From NCBI GenBank assembly GCA_039586795.1, contig JBDHJS010000004.1, forward strand, positions 64,001 through 128,000: DNA of 64,000 bases, read 5' to 3'. Of this stretch, positions 1 to 10,050 are shown piece after piece. The position numbers and the translations under genes are program-made. This DNA is from Gemmatimonadota bacterium. Lineage in GTDB: Bacteria; Gemmatimonadota; Gemmatimonadetes; Palauibacterales; KS3-K002. The notes under the pieces were generated by a model that was not told the DNA's origin, searched no databases, and saw only the letters and a list, made by a program, of their open reading frames with translations. How positions within the stretch are numbered: position 1 is the stretch's first letter; each line of letters begins with the position of its first letter.

Positions 1-703
1 CAACAAGCGGGGCAAGTTGTTCGGCAAGTTGATTCGTGAGATCACGGTCGCCGCTCGTGAGGGCGGCGGTGATCCAGACGGCAACCCTTGGCTGCGGACG
101 GCGATAGAGAACGCCAGGGCGGCCAACATGCCGAAGGACAATATTGAGAAGGCCATTCTGCGGGGCACTGGAGAACTGCCTGGTGCGTCGTATGAGGATG
201 TGACCTACGAAGGCTACGGGCCGGGCGGTGTGGCTATCCTGATCCAGGCTGTCACGGACAACACGAATCGTACCGTCGCGGCATTGAGGCATATTCTGGA
301 GAAGCAGGGTGGCAACCTAGGTGCCGCTGGGTCTGTGGCGTGGAACTTCGAGCGCGTCGGCCAGTTGCTTGTCGATTCGACGCGCTATGAAGAGGATGCG
401 ACGCTGGAGGCGGCGCTCGAGGCTGGGGCGGAAGATTTGCAGGCTGAGGGCGACGCCTACCTTGTGACTACGGATCCCTCTACGTTCCACGATGTCCAGG
501 AGGCCATGCGGGCGAGCGGCATCGAGATCATGGAGGCCAGCATCGCCATGGTCCCGAAGACAACGGTTAGAGTCGAGGGTAGGGAGGCGGAGAAGCTCGT
601 TGGTCTACTGGAAGCGCTGGAGGATCACGAAGACGTTCAAAACGTCTACTCCAACCTCGACATCGATGAGGCGCTGTTGGCCGAACTGGCCGGAGCACCG
701 TAG
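1..703 (+). CDS. yebC: YebC/PmpR (TACO1) family protein, 5' truncated by window edge
   Basis: Frame open from the window start (NKRGKLF...). Motifs GGGDPDGNPWLR, NMPKDNIEKAI, YEGYGPGG and DVQNVYSN; sits upstream of ruvC. Confidence 0.95.
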   Translation, partial: NKRGKLFGKLIREITVAAREGGGDPDGNPWLRTAIENARAANMPKDNIEKAILRGTGELPGASYEDVTYEGYGPGGVAILIQAVTDNTNRTVAALRHILEKQGGNLGAAGSVAWNFERVGQLLVDSTRYEEDATLEAALEAGAEDLQAEGDAYLVTTDPSTFHDVQEAMRASGIEIMEASIAMVPKTTVRVEGREAEKLVGLLEALEDHEDVQNVYSNLDIDEALLAELAGAP

Positions 704-712
704 CGGCTGACG

Positions 713-1222
713 ATGATCGTTCTCGGCGTCGACCCTGGGACTCAGACGACGGGATACGGCGTCGTCGCGGCGGATGATCTGAAGCCGACGCTGGTCGAGT
801 GCGGCGCTATTTGGCCAAAAGGAGACAGGACGCTCGCCGAACGGCTGCTGGAGATCTTCGAAGGGCTGACAGGAGTGATCGATCGGACTCGCCCTGACGT
901 TGTCTGCGTTGAGGGCGTTTTCTATGGCAGGAACGTGCGGACGACGGTCGTTCTCGGGCACGCTCGGGGCGCGGTGCTGCTGGCTGCTGCCGCCCGCGGT
1001 ATAAGCGTGGCCGAGTATTCTCCGGCAGAAGTGAAGAACACGGTTGTCGGGACCGGCGCCGCGGACAAAGAGCAGGTCGCGTTCATGGTTCAGAGGCACC
1101 TGTCGCTGGCCGAGCCGCCGGCCCCCCAGGACGCGGCGGATGGAGTCGCGCTCGCTCTCTGTCATATTTTCCTGGCCGCGCCCAAGCAGAGTGCGGGCGG
1201 TGTGGGAAGGAAACGGTCTTGA
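713..1222 (+). CDS. ruvC: Holliday junction resolvase RuvC
   Basis: MIVLGVDPG, LGHARG, DAADGVA; ruvCAB order. Confidence 0.97.
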   Translation: MIVLGVDPGTQTTGYGVVAADDLKPTLVECGAIWPKGDRTLAERLLEIFEGLTGVIDRTRPDVVCVEGVFYGRNVRTTVVLGHARGAVLLAAAARGISVAEYSPAEVKNTVVGTGAADKEQVAFMVQRHLSLAEPPAPQDAADGVALALCHIFLAAPKQSAGGVGRKRS

Positions 1223-1812
1223 TCAGCAGAGTACGTGGCGTTCTTGTTCGCAAAGAGATCGATCGGGCGGAGATCGCGACGTCTGGCGGCGTAACGTACG
1301 AGCTGATGGTTCCGGCGACCGTCTTCGAGGGACTGCCGCGAGTCGGCCGCGAGGTTGAGCTTCACGCGGCGCTGATCGGCCGCGAGGATGGGCTCGAGCT
1401 GTACGGATTCGCCGACGAGATGGAGCGTCAGCTGTTTCTGCGGCTGCAGTCAGCGTCCGGGGTGGGGCCCCGGCTGGCGCTAACGATGCTCGGGACGTTG
1501 AGCGCGATCCATCTGGTGGACGCGATCCGCGGCCGCGATCTGGCGCGGCTGTGCACGGTGAGCGGGGTTGGCAAGAAGAAGGCCGAGCGAATCGCTCTGG
1601 AATTGAGCGACAAGCTCGAGGATATGGTCTCGATCGTTGCCGAGGTCGAGCCGGAGAGCGCGGTGGTCGAATCGTCAGTGAGTGCATTGGTGGCGCTCGG
1701 CTATTCTCGTTCCGATGCGGAGGGCGCGATACGTAGCGCGTTGAAGCGTGGCGATGGGGCTGAGCGAAGTGTGGAAAGCCTGGTGAGGGAGGCGCTGGTC
1801 GAGCTGTCATGA
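1219..1812 (+). CDS. ruvA: Holliday junction branch migration protein RuvA
   Basis: [37 protein letters not shown] start overlaps the ruvC stop. Confidence 0.96.
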   Translation: MISRVRGVLVRKEIDRAEIATSGGVTYELMVPATVFEGLPRVGREVELHAALIGREDGLELYGFADEMERQLFLRLQSASGVGPRLALTMLGTLSAIHLVDAIRGRDLARLCTVSGVGKKKAERIALELSDKLEDMVSIVAEVEPESAVVESSVSALVALGYSRSDAEGAIRSALKRGDGAERSVESLVREALVELS

Positions 1813-2846
1813 CTACCGAGATTACGACGCCGAAGCGGCTGGAAGGTGAGGGGATGAGTGAGGCTGCCCTGCGGCCGCAGCGCATGTCGGAATTCATCGG
1901 CCAGGAGAAGGTCAAGGAGAGCCTCGGCATCTACATAGCTGCGGCCCTCAAGCGCCGGGAGCCGCTGGACCACACTCTGTTCTATGGACCCCCGGGTCTT
2001 GGTAAGACGACCCTCGCGCTACTCATAGCAAATGAGCTCGGAGTCGACATCCAGACGACCTCGGGCCCCGCTCTGGAAAAGCCCGGCGACCTGGTGGCTT
2101 CGCTGACCAACCTCAAGGAGGGCGACGTCCTCTTCATCGATGAGATTCATCGATTGCGCCCGGTAACGGAGGAGTTCCTCTATCCGGGCATGGAGGACTT
2201 CCGCATCGAAATCCGTCTCGGCGAGGGACCCAAGGCACAAACGATCCAGATGAACCTGGAGCGGTTCACGTTGATCGGCGCAACGACGAGATTCGGATTG
2301 CTCACTCCGCCCATGCGAGCGCGGTTCGGTGTGGTCGAGCGTCTCGGCTACTACCCGACTGACGAGCTGAAGCGGATCGTTCTGCGGTCGGCGGAGATTC
2401 TGGGTGTGCCCATCGAGGACGACGGAGCAGAAGAGCTCGCTCGGCGATCTCGCGGCACGCCGCGAATCGCGAACCGGTTGCTGCGCCGCGTCCGCGACTA
2501 TGCGGAGGTCAAGGCGGATGGCCGCATCACGCGTCCGGTCGCCGGTGCGGCGCTCGAGATGCTCAACGTGGACGAGTACGGTCTCGAGCAAATGGACGCG
2601 CGGATGCTGAGGCTGATCATCGAGGACTTCAGCGGCGGCCCGGTCGGCCTCCAGAGCCTCGCCGTTGCGCTGGGAGAGGAAGCGGACACGCTAGAAGAGG
2701 TCTACGAACCCTACCTCATCCAGAACGGCCTCTTGCAACGCACGCCGCGTGGCCGGGTGGCCACGGCCAAGGCCTATCATCGCTTCGGGTACGATCCACC
2801 GGCAGGCGGCCCCCTGGAGCAGGGCCATCTGTTCACCGATGGATGA
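1809..2846 (+). CDS. ruvB: Holliday junction helicase RuvB
   Basis: [48 protein letters not shown]. Confidence 0.98.
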   Translation: MTTEITTPKRLEGEGMSEAALRPQRMSEFIGQEKVKESLGIYIAAALKRREPLDHTLFYGPPGLGKTTLALLIANELGVDIQTTSGPALEKPGDLVASLTNLKEGDVLFIDEIHRLRPVTEEFLYPGMEDFRIEIRLGEGPKAQTIQMNLERFTLIGATTRFGLLTPPMRARFGVVERLGYYPTDELKRIVLRSAEILGVPIEDDGAEELARRSRGTPRIANRLLRRVRDYAEVKADGRITRPVAGAALEMLNVDEYGLEQMDARMLRLIIEDFSGGPVGLQSLAVALGEEADTLEEVYEPYLIQNGLLQRTPRGRVATAKAYHRFGYDPPAGGPLEQGHLFTDG

Positions 2847-3927
2847 GTCGCGCCGGGATGAAGGCGGCTCTCCGTCGGTTGAAGACTCCACGCGGCTGAG
2901 CACTAGCCACTTCGACTATTCAATTGACGAAACGCTGATCGCGCAGCGGCCGCTCGCAGATAGGGACGCGAGCCGAATGCTGGTCGTTGGGCGTGAGACG
3001 GCCAGCCTGGACGATCGCACGTTCAGTGACCTGCCCACGCTGATCGCTTCCGGGGATGTGTTGGTGCTCAACGATACACGCGTTTTCCCGGCGCGATTGT
3101 TGGGAAGCAAGCCTACCGGGGCCAAGGCGGAAATCCTGCTCTTGGAGCCGCTGGAAGGCGATGGTTTGCTCTGGCGGGCGCTCGTTCGACCGGGCGGGAA
3201 GCTCAAGCCGGGTCGACGTGTCGAGATCGGCGAGGGGTTGGAGATCGCCATCGAAGATTCGTTGGAGGGTGGGGCACGCATCGTTCGGCTGCTCACGGAC
3301 CTTGAACCGCGAGAAGCTCTCGATCTTCATGGACACGTTCCCTTGCCCCCGTACATTCGTCGTGGTGATGACAGGGCGGACCGATCTCGGTACCAGACCG
3401 TGTATGCGGAGGAAACGGGTAGCGTGGCTGCCCCCACGGCCGGCCTCCATTTTACGGAAAACGTTCTCGAGGGCGTGCGAGCTCGCGGCGCTGACGTCGC
3501 CAAAGTCACTCTGCACGTTGGTCCCGGGACGTTTCGGCCGGTCGATGCGGAAGACCCGGAGGATCATCGTCTAGATTCCGAGCGCTATCGGGTAACGCAA
3601 GAGACCGCGGACACGATCAACCGGTGCCGCGAGCATGGCGGCGCGATTTGGGCCGTGGGCACGACGACGGTGCGCACCCTCGAGTCAGTGGCCGATACAT
3701 CGGGCTCGATCAGACCGGGTGAAGGATCAACCGATCTCTTCATCCGTCCCGGATATCGCTTCAAGGCGGTGGACCGGTTGATCACCAACTTCCACCTGCC
3801 GCGCTCGACTCTGCTGATGCTGGTGACGGCGTTTGCCGGCTATGACCTGACCATCGATGCCTATCGGCACGCGATGGAAAACGAGTACAGGTTCTACTCC
3901 TACGGTGACGCAATGGTGGTGACATGA
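2839..3927 (+). CDS. queA: SAM:tRNA ribosyltransferase-isomerase QueA
   Basis: [45 protein letters not shown] 2839 overlaps the ruvB stop. Confidence 0.96.
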   Translation: MDESRRDEGGSPSVEDSTRLSTSHFDYSIDETLIAQRPLADRDASRMLVVGRETASLDDRTFSDLPTLIASGDVLVLNDTRVFPARLLGSKPTGAKAEILLLEPLEGDGLLWRALVRPGGKLKPGRRVEIGEGLEIAIEDSLEGGARIVRLLTDLEPREALDLHGHVPLPPYIRRGDDRADRSRYQTVYAEETGSVAAPTAGLHFTENVLEGVRARGADVAKVTLHVGPGTFRPVDAEDPEDHRLDSERYRVTQETADTINRCREHGGAIWAVGTTTVRTLESVADTSGSIRPGEGSTDLFIRPGYRFKAVDRLITNFHLPRSTLLMLVTAFAGYDLTIDAYRHAMENEYRFYSYGDAMVVT

Positions 3928-5072
3928 CGGCCGCGGCGGATGTTTTTCGGCTCGAGTCGAAAGACGGCGCGGCACGGGCCGGAGTGCTGCAATTGCCACA
4001 TGGCAAGGTTCGCACGCCGGCCTTCATGCCTGTCGGCACGCAGGGCACGGTCAAGGCAGTAGCGCCTGAGGAGCTGAAGCGACTTGGTGCGGAGATGATC
4101 CTCGCCAACGCCTATCATCTGTATCTCAGACCGGGGCACGAGATCGTCCGCGCTATGGGTGGGCTGCACAAGTTCAGCGGGTGGGATCGTCCGATCCTGA
4201 CCGATTCCGGAGGCTACCAGGTCTTCTCCCTGGCACGTATCAACAAGGTCAGCGACGAAGGCGTCTCGTTCCAAAGCCACATCGACGGTTCGCGTCATCT
4301 CATCACTCCTGAAATCGTGATGGAGATCGAGCACGCTTTGGGCGCCGATGTGATCATGGCCTTCGATGAGTGTCCGCCCGGGCGCGCCGACCGCCAGACT
4401 GCCGCAACCGCGGTTACACGCACACAAGGCTGGCTGGAGCGTTGCGTCGCCCGAATCGAACAACTCGTGACGAACGGGTCGGCCCAACTGCTGCTTCCGG
4501 TCGTTCAGGGTGGCACATTCATCGACCTTCGCGTCGAGTCGCTGGAGCGCGCGAGAGAGTTACGCCCGTGGCCGGGTTTCGGAGTCGGCGGCCTCTCCGT
4601 GGGAGAGCCGAAGGAGTTGATGTTCGAGGTGCTGGAGGGGCTGGAGCCGGAGTTGCCGGCAGAAGGCGTTCGCTATCTGATGGGTGTTGGGTACCCCACC
4701 GATCTCCTGGACGCCGTCCGCCTCGGATATGATATCTTCGACTGCGTCGCCCCCACACGGAACGGCCGCAACGGGACCGCCTTCACATCCGAAGGAGCGG
4801 TCAACGTGAAGATCGCCTCCTGGCGGGATGACGGTTCTCCTATTGAACCGGGCTGCGGGTGCTGGGCCTGTGGCACATACTCCCGGGCCTACGTTCGCCA
4901 CCTGTTCGTCGCCGGCGAGATCTTGGGGCTACGGATTCTGTCGATACACAACCTGCACTTCTTGACGGATCTGATGCGGCGGGCCCGGGACGCGATTGGG
5001 GCCGGGATATTTGAAAGTTGGGTTACAGAGTGGTTGCGTAGATATCGGAGGGGCGGGGGAGTAGATTGGTAG
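3924..5072 (+). CDS. tgt: tRNA-guanine transglycosylase
   Basis: TPAFMPVGT, LTDSGGYQ, YLMGVG, FDCVAPTRNGR, CxCxxC zinc site. Confidence 0.97.
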   Translation: MTAAADVFRLESKDGAARAGVLQLPHGKVRTPAFMPVGTQGTVKAVAPEELKRLGAEMILANAYHLYLRPGHEIVRAMGGLHKFSGWDRPILTDSGGYQVFSLARINKVSDEGVSFQSHIDGSRHLITPEIVMEIEHALGADVIMAFDECPPGRADRQTAATAVTRTQGWLERCVARIEQLVTNGSAQLLLPVVQGGTFIDLRVESLERARELRPWPGFGVGGLSVGEPKELMFEVLEGLEPELPAEGVRYLMGVGYPTDLLDAVRLGYDIFDCVAPTRNGRNGTAFTSEGAVNVKIASWRDDGSPIEPGCGCWACGTYSRAYVRHLFVAGEILGLRILSIHNLHFLTDLMRRARDAIGAGIFESWVTEWLRRYRRGGGVDW

Positions 5073-5073
5073 C

Positions 5074-5214
5074 GAACATTGGACATTGAACATCCTGCAG
5101 GGAACGTCTAAGGGCTGGGGTTTCTTGTATTCGTAGTGGAATCTGCTGTTGGGTGTTCGGGGTTCGATGGTTTTTTGATGTTCAATGTTCAATGTCGAAT
5201 GTTCAATGTTCAAT
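5074..5214. repeat. Inverted heptamer tandem-repeat element (GAACATT / AATGTTC units)
   Basis: Left arm GAACATTGGACATTGAACATC (5074-5094). Right arm is five AATGTTC-type units (5177-5214) complementary to it. Confidence 0.85.
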
Positions 5215-5228
5215 AGGGAGGTCATAAA

Positions 5229-5555
5229 GTGCTGGCATTTTTAGCAGTATTCGCGCCTTCCCAGCAGGGCTCGGGCGGAAGCGCGATGGGTACGCTCATC
5301 ATGCTCGGAGCGTTTGTCGGGATCTTCTACTTCTTGCTGATTCGCCCGCAGCGGCAGCAGCAGAAGCGCCACACGGAGATGGTTCAAGGGTTGAGGCGCG
5401 GCGACGAGGTAGCGACGGTTGGGGGAATCATCGGCAAGATCATCCACATCAAAGAGAACGAGATCACGATAAAGACGGCGGAGGACACGCGGTTGGTCGT
5501 CGAGCGGGACAAGGTCGCACGTAAGGTCGCGGTGGGTGCGGAGGAGGAATCATAG
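5229..5555 (+). CDS. yajC: Preprotein translocase subunit YajC
   Basis: FYFLLIRPQ, GDEVATVGGIIG; SD GGGAGGT; follows tgt. Confidence 0.95.
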   Translation: MLAFLAVFAPSQQGSGGSAMGTLIMLGAFVGIFYFLLIRPQRQQQKRHTEMVQGLRRGDEVATVGGIIGKIIHIKENEITIKTAEDTRLVVERDKVARKVAVGAEEES

Positions 5556-6061
5556 GCGTTCTGGAAATCCGGCTCTTGGGCGATCCTGTTCTTCGTCAGG
5601 AAGCCGAGAGAGTTGAGGAGTTTGACGACGAACTGCGGCGGCTCGCAGAGGACATGATGCAGACGATGTACGAGGGGGAGGGGGTCGGACTTGCGGCGCC
5701 GCAAGTTGGGATTCTAAAACGCATGTTCGTTATGGACGTTCGCGATGAAGAATCGGAACCGCGCGCGATCGTCAACCCTGTCGTGGTCGAGGAAGAAGGC
5801 CGAGAGCGTGATGAGGAAGGTTGCCTCAGCCTGCCCGGGCTCACGGGAATGGTCGAGAGACCGGAGCGGATCACGATGGAGGGCCAGGACCTGGATGGTG
5901 GTCATATCCGGATCGAAGCTTCCGGTCTAGAGGCCCGCTGCATCCAGCATGAGATAGACCACCTGAATGGTGTGCTGATCATTGACCGTGTCTCTCCAAT
6001 CAAGCGCAGAATGCTGCTCAGCAGGTGGAAGAAGCTGCAAAAGGAGGCCGCGACCAGGTGA
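5552..6061 (+). CDS. def: Peptide deformylase (probable ATA start at 5552; first canonical start is TTG 5576)
   Basis: GVGLAAPQVG, EGCLS, QHEIDHLNG; frame extends upstream as GVLEIRLLGDPVLR. Confidence 0.95.
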   Translation: MGVLEIRLLGDPVLRQEAERVEEFDDELRRLAEDMMQTMYEGEGVGLAAPQVGILKRMFVMDVRDEESEPRAIVNPVVVEEEGRERDEEGCLSLPGLTGMVERPERITMEGQDLDGGHIRIEASGLEARCIQHEIDHLNGVLIIDRVSPIKRRMLLSRWKKLQKEAATR

Positions 6062-6990
6062 GAATCGCCTTCTGGGGCACGCCCCAGTTTGCGCGTACGG
6101 TACTTGGCGCACTCTTCGACGCGGGCCGTGATGTCGTCTGCGTGATAACTCAACCCGACCGACCCAAGGGTCGGGGCCGCAAGCTGCAGCCGCCGCCCGT
6201 CAAGTTGCTAGCCGAAGAACACGGTGTCCCTGTACTTCAGCCGGAGAAGCCGCGCGGCGATGAGTTCGTAGACGCGCTGACCGTGCTTGCTCCGGATATA
6301 ACCGTCGTTGCGGCATACGGTCACATCTTGAAGACCGAGGTGCTGGAGTTGCCGAGGCTCGGCTCCATCAATGTGCACGCATCGTTGCTGCCGGAGCTTC
6401 GCGGGGCGGCGCCCATCAACTGGGCGATCATTCGGGGCTACGAAGAGACTGGCGTCACGATCATGAGGATGGTCGAGGCGATGGATGCCGGTCCGATGCT
6501 GCTCAAGGCTGCAATTAAGATCGCGCCCGACGCGTCCGCGGGAACGCTGACGGAGCGTTTGGCCGAGCTCGGCGGGACCACGCTGCTTGAAGCGCTGTCG
6601 TTCATAGAGTCGGGTCGGGTGCAAGAACAGCCACAGGACGATACGAAGGCGACATTTGCGCCGAAGCTCGGACCCGACGAAGCGCGAATCGACTGGACGC
6701 TGCCAGCGGTAGAGATCGAGCGCTGGATTCGAGGCTGCGACCCGGCGCCTGCGGCCTGGTCGCAGCTAGGCGATCTCCGCGTGCGGCTCTTCAGACCGCA
6801 GATCGCCGACGGTGATCGCGTGGGCGAGCCCGGCAGCGTAGTACGAGCCGACGCAAAATCAGGTCTGCACGTTGCTACAGGATCCGGTCTACTCCACATC
6901 GGAGAGGTACAACCGTCGGGCAAACGCCGAATGGACTCGGCGGATTGGATACGCGGAAGGGGAATAGCCGAAGGGCAAAGGTTCAGTTGA
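6058..6990 (+). CDS. fmt: Methionyl-tRNA formyltransferase
   Basis: GTPQFA, TQPDRPKGRG, NVHASLLP, RGAAPI, MDAGP; GTG overlaps the def stop. Confidence 0.97.
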   Translation: MRIAFWGTPQFARTVLGALFDAGRDVVCVITQPDRPKGRGRKLQPPPVKLLAEEHGVPVLQPEKPRGDEFVDALTVLAPDITVVAAYGHILKTEVLELPRLGSINVHASLLPELRGAAPINWAIIRGYEETGVTIMRMVEAMDAGPMLLKAAIKIAPDASAGTLTERLAELGGTTLLEALSFIESGRVQEQPQDDTKATFAPKLGPDEARIDWTLPAVEIERWIRGCDPAPAAWSQLGDLRVRLFRPQIADGDRVGEPGSVVRADAKSGLHVATGSGLLHIGEVQPSGKRRMDSADWIRGRGIAEGQRFS

Positions 6991-7643
6991 GACGCGCGCT
7001 GCCAAGGTTGTACCTGGTGACGACAAGAGACATCGTTGGCGATCCCGAATTCGCTGCGAGAGCGGAGGCGGTGCTGGCTGCCGGTGACAGCCGTTGCGCG
7101 CTGCAGGTCAGGGGTCACGGACTGGATGGCGGCCGTTTGTGGGAGACGGCGAGTCGGCTGGCGGTCGCGGCGCGGCGAGTCGGCGCCGAGATCTGGATCA
7201 ACGACCGGATCGATGTAGCGTTAGGGATTCGGGCCGACGGCGTGCAGTTGGGTAAGGCCAGTCTCCCCACCCGCGAAGCTCGTCGGCTACTGGGCGGTAG
7301 CGTGTGGATTGGTCGTTCTGTCCACGCGGCTGAGGAGGCTACAGCGGCGCGGAGCGAGGGAGCGGATATGGCGCTTCTCGGTCATGTCTACGAGACGGCG
7401 ACCCACCCGCAGGCCAAGCCCCTTGGCCCGGGTATCCTGCGGCAGGCCGCGGCGGCCCGACCAATCGTCGCCATCGGGGGTATAACACCTGATCGTGTAG
7501 AAGAAGTGATGGAAGCCGGCGCCTGGGGTGTAGCCGTGGTGAGCGGCGTTTGGGATGCAACGGATCCCGCCGCTGCGGCGCGAAGCTATCTCGAGGCGCT
7601 CGAGCGATTCTCGAATTTTGGAGCGGCAGAAGCGGTTCGATGA
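6987..7643 (+). CDS. thiE: Thiamine phosphate synthase (ThiE/TenI family)
   Basis: LYLVT, INDRIDVA, ADGVQLG, IGRSVH, IVAIGGI; TTG overlaps the fmt stop. A TenI-like function is not excluded. Confidence 0.82.
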   Translation: MRRALPRLYLVTTRDIVGDPEFAARAEAVLAAGDSRCALQVRGHGLDGGRLWETASRLAVAARRVGAEIWINDRIDVALGIRADGVQLGKASLPTREARRLLGGSVWIGRSVHAAEEATAARSEGADMALLGHVYETATHPQAKPLGPGILRQAAAARPIVAIGGITPDRVEEVMEAGAWGVAVVSGVWDATDPAAAARSYLEALERFSNFGAAEAVR

Positions 7644-7861
7644 GCGGAGACGACGCTAAGATCACTGTTACGATAAACGGAGACGAGCGCGAAGTGCCGG
7701 CCGGTCTGACGGTGCGGGGCTTGCTCGCTCACCTGGAGTTGCAGGAGGGGACGGTCGTCGTGGAATGGAATCGGGAAATCGTGAGGCGGGATCGCTACGA
7801 CGACGTGGACGTCACTGCCGGCGATACGATCGAGCTGGTGCACTTCGTCGGTGGAGGATGA
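7640..7861 (+). CDS. thiS: Sulfur carrier protein ThiS
   Basis: 73 aa ubiquitin-like protein, C-terminal HFVGGG; ATGA overlap with thiE. Confidence 0.93.
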   Translation: MSGDDAKITVTINGDEREVPAGLTVRGLLAHLELQEGTVVVEWNREIVRRDRYDDVDVTAGDTIELVHFVGGG

Positions 7862-7913
7862 CAATGACGATCGTGATCGTCATCTAGGGAGCGATAATCA
7901 ATAAGGCGGTAAC

Positions 7914-8720
7914 GTGATGGCTGCAGAGAGCAAAGACATCGATACCTTTGACGAACCTCTCCGGATTGGTGGGCACGAGATCCGTTCGCGCCTCATCCTG
8001 GGCACGGGGAAATACATCGACAACGAGACGATGGTTGAGGCAATAACCGCGTCCGGGACGGATGTCGTCACCGTCGCCGTGCGTCGCGTGGATCTGGATC
8101 GCACAAAAGAGGAAGGAGTCCTCTATCACCTGGACCCTAAAAAGTGGTTCTTACTTCCGAATACCGCGGGCTGCTACACGGCCGAGGAAGCTGTGCGTTA
8201 TGCGAGGTTGGCGCGCGAAGCGGGATTCAGCGAATGGGTCAAGCTCGAGGTGATCGGTGACCAGGAGACGCTGCTCCCGGACGTAGAAGGGTTGCTGGAG
8301 GCGACCCGAACCCTTGTCAGCGAGGGCTTCAAAGTACTGACCTATACCAACGAAGACTTGATAACAGCGCTCAAGCTGGAGGACGCGGGCGCGGCAGCCG
8401 TGATGCCGCTGGCGTCGCCCATCGGCAGCGGGCTCGGTTTGCTCAACCCGTACCATATTCGACTGATCAAGAGCCGACTCACGGTCCCCATCATCGTCGA
8501 CGCTGGCGTAGGGACGGCGTCGGATGCATGCGAGACGATGGAACAGGGCGTTGACGGAATCTTGATGAACACGGCGATCGCGGCGGCGAAGGATCCGGTT
8601 CGGATGGCGCTGGCGATGAAGGATGCGACACGCGCCGGCCGACTGGCGTATCTCGCTGGCCGGATGCCGAAGCGAGAGCAAGCGGCTCCGTCCAGCCCGA
8701 CAACGGGGATGCTCGACTGA
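7914..8720 (+). CDS. thiG: Thiazole synthase ThiG
   Basis: [40 protein letters not shown]. Confidence 0.97.
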   Translation: MMAAESKDIDTFDEPLRIGGHEIRSRLILGTGKYIDNETMVEAITASGTDVVTVAVRRVDLDRTKEEGVLYHLDPKKWFLLPNTAGCYTAEEAVRYARLAREAGFSEWVKLEVIGDQETLLPDVEGLLEATRTLVSEGFKVLTYTNEDLITALKLEDAGAAAVMPLASPIGSGLGLLNPYHIRLIKSRLTVPIIVDAGVGTASDACETMEQGVDGILMNTAIAAAKDPVRMALAMKDATRAGRLAYLAGRMPKREQAAPSSPTTGMLD

Positions 8721-8730
8721 AGGACGGAAG

Positions 8731-10050
8731 CTGACGAGCCAGTCCGGGATTTCTCCCGCGCGGTCGGCGGCTCTCGAGGTGCTTCGCGCGGTGCGCCTCG
8801 GAGCTCTTGTCGATCACGCCTTTGAACGACCTGCTAACTCACTCAGTGAGGCGGATCGTCGGTTGGCGCATGAGCTGGCGTACGGCGTTCTGCGCTTGCG
8901 GGGTAGACTCGACCACGTGATCGGGCAGCTCGTGACGGGCAGGCCGTCGAGGCTCGAGCCCGATGTAGTCGATGCATTGCGGCTCGGCGCCTATCAGCTA
9001 CTCGAATTGGATCGAGTCCCTGCTTACGCCGCCGTCTCCGATGCGGTGGAGGCGGTGAAGCAACGTTCCGGACGCGGCGCCTCGTCGCTTGTGAACGCGG
9101 TACTGCGCAAGCTGTCGGGCACGTCCTACGCGAGATACGACTTCCCGGCTCGGGAGGAAGATCCGCCTGGCTATCTGTCGACGTGGGGGTCGCACCCGCG
9201 CTGGCTTGTCGAGCGCTGGCTTTCCCAGTGGCCGGTCGAAGAGGTGGAGCGGTTGACCGCCTACAACAATGCGCGGCCTTCGGTGTATCTTTCCGTGGTC
9301 GGCAGCAGCGAGGAAGCTCTGAAACGCTTGAATGAAGCGGGCGTCGACGTCGAGCCGATGGACCGATACCCGTATTCGCTGCGCCTCGATGCGAGCGATG
9401 TTGGCCGGGCCCTGGACTGGACACCTGCCGTTGTGCAGGACCCGGGTGCCGCAAGCGTTGTCGACTACATGGCACTGGACCCGGGGCTTCCGGTGGTTGA
9501 TCTTTGTGCGGCGCCTGGCGGGAAAGCGGCGCTTCTCGCGGCCCGGGGGCACGAAGTGCAGGCGTTCGACGTTTCTCTAAAGCGGCTGGCCAGGTTGCTC
9601 GATACTCGGGCCCGGCTTGGGCTTCGGGGGTTGCACGTGGTCGTTGCGGATTCGACGCGTCCGCCGATGGCGACGGCACCGGCCGTGTTGTTGGACGCGC
9701 CGTGTTCGGGCAGCGGGACGCTGGGCCGACATCCCGACGGGCGATGGCGGTTGAAGCCAACCGACCTCGAATCGTTCGTCGACCTCCAGCGCCGACTGCT
9801 GGAGGCCGCGGCCCGCATCGTTGTTCCAGGGGGAGTGCTGGTCTATGCCACTTGCTCTCTGGAGCCTGAAGAAAACGAGGAACAAATCGCGACGTTTTTG
9901 TCGCAGAGAGATGATTTCCAACTCGAACCTCCGCTTGATACGGCGATCCCGCCGGAGCTGCTGGGGGACGATGGCGATCTGAGAGTGCTACCTCAGCGCC
10001 ACGAGATGGACGGAGCATATGCCGCAAGACTTCGGCGAAATGCCGAATGA
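8731..10050 (+). CDS. rsmB: 16S rRNA m5C967 methyltransferase RsmB (start uncertain, CTG 8731 proposed)
   Basis: NusB-like N-domain (LAYGVLR, VNAVLR), SHPRWLV, DLCAAPGGK, DAPCSGSG, YATCSL. Confidence 0.92.
   Translation: MTSQSGISPARSAALEVLRAVRLGALVDHAFERPANSLSEADRRLAHELAYGVLRLRGRLDHVIGQLVTGRPSRLEPDVVDALRLGAYQLLELDRVPAYAAVSDAVEAVKQRSGRGASSLVNAVLRKLSGTSYARYDFPAREEDPPGYLSTWGSHPRWLVERWLSQWPVEEVERLTAYNNARPSVYLSVVGSSEEALKRLNEAGVDVEPMDRYPYSLRLDASDVGRALDWTPAVVQDPGAASVVDYMALDPGLPVVDLCAAPGGKAALLAARGHEVQAFDVSLKRLARLLDTRARLGLRGLHVVVADSTRPPMATAPAVLLDAPCSGSGTLGRHPDGRWRLKPTDLESFVDLQRRLLEAAARIVVPGGVLVYATCSLEPEENEEQIATFLSQRDDFQLEPPLDTAIPPELLGDDGDLRVLPQRHEMDGAYAARLRRNAE

Noticed and set aside
4929..5225. Minus-strand ORF beginning MTSLLNIEHSTLNIEH
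   Set aside because: It is the translation of the heptamer repeat and is antisense to tgt.
8843..10027. Long antisense ORFs (also 31493-32377, 38753-39778, 41334-42179, 49506-50462, 56280-57392)
   Set aside because: Shadow frames of high-GC genes with no recognisable motifs.
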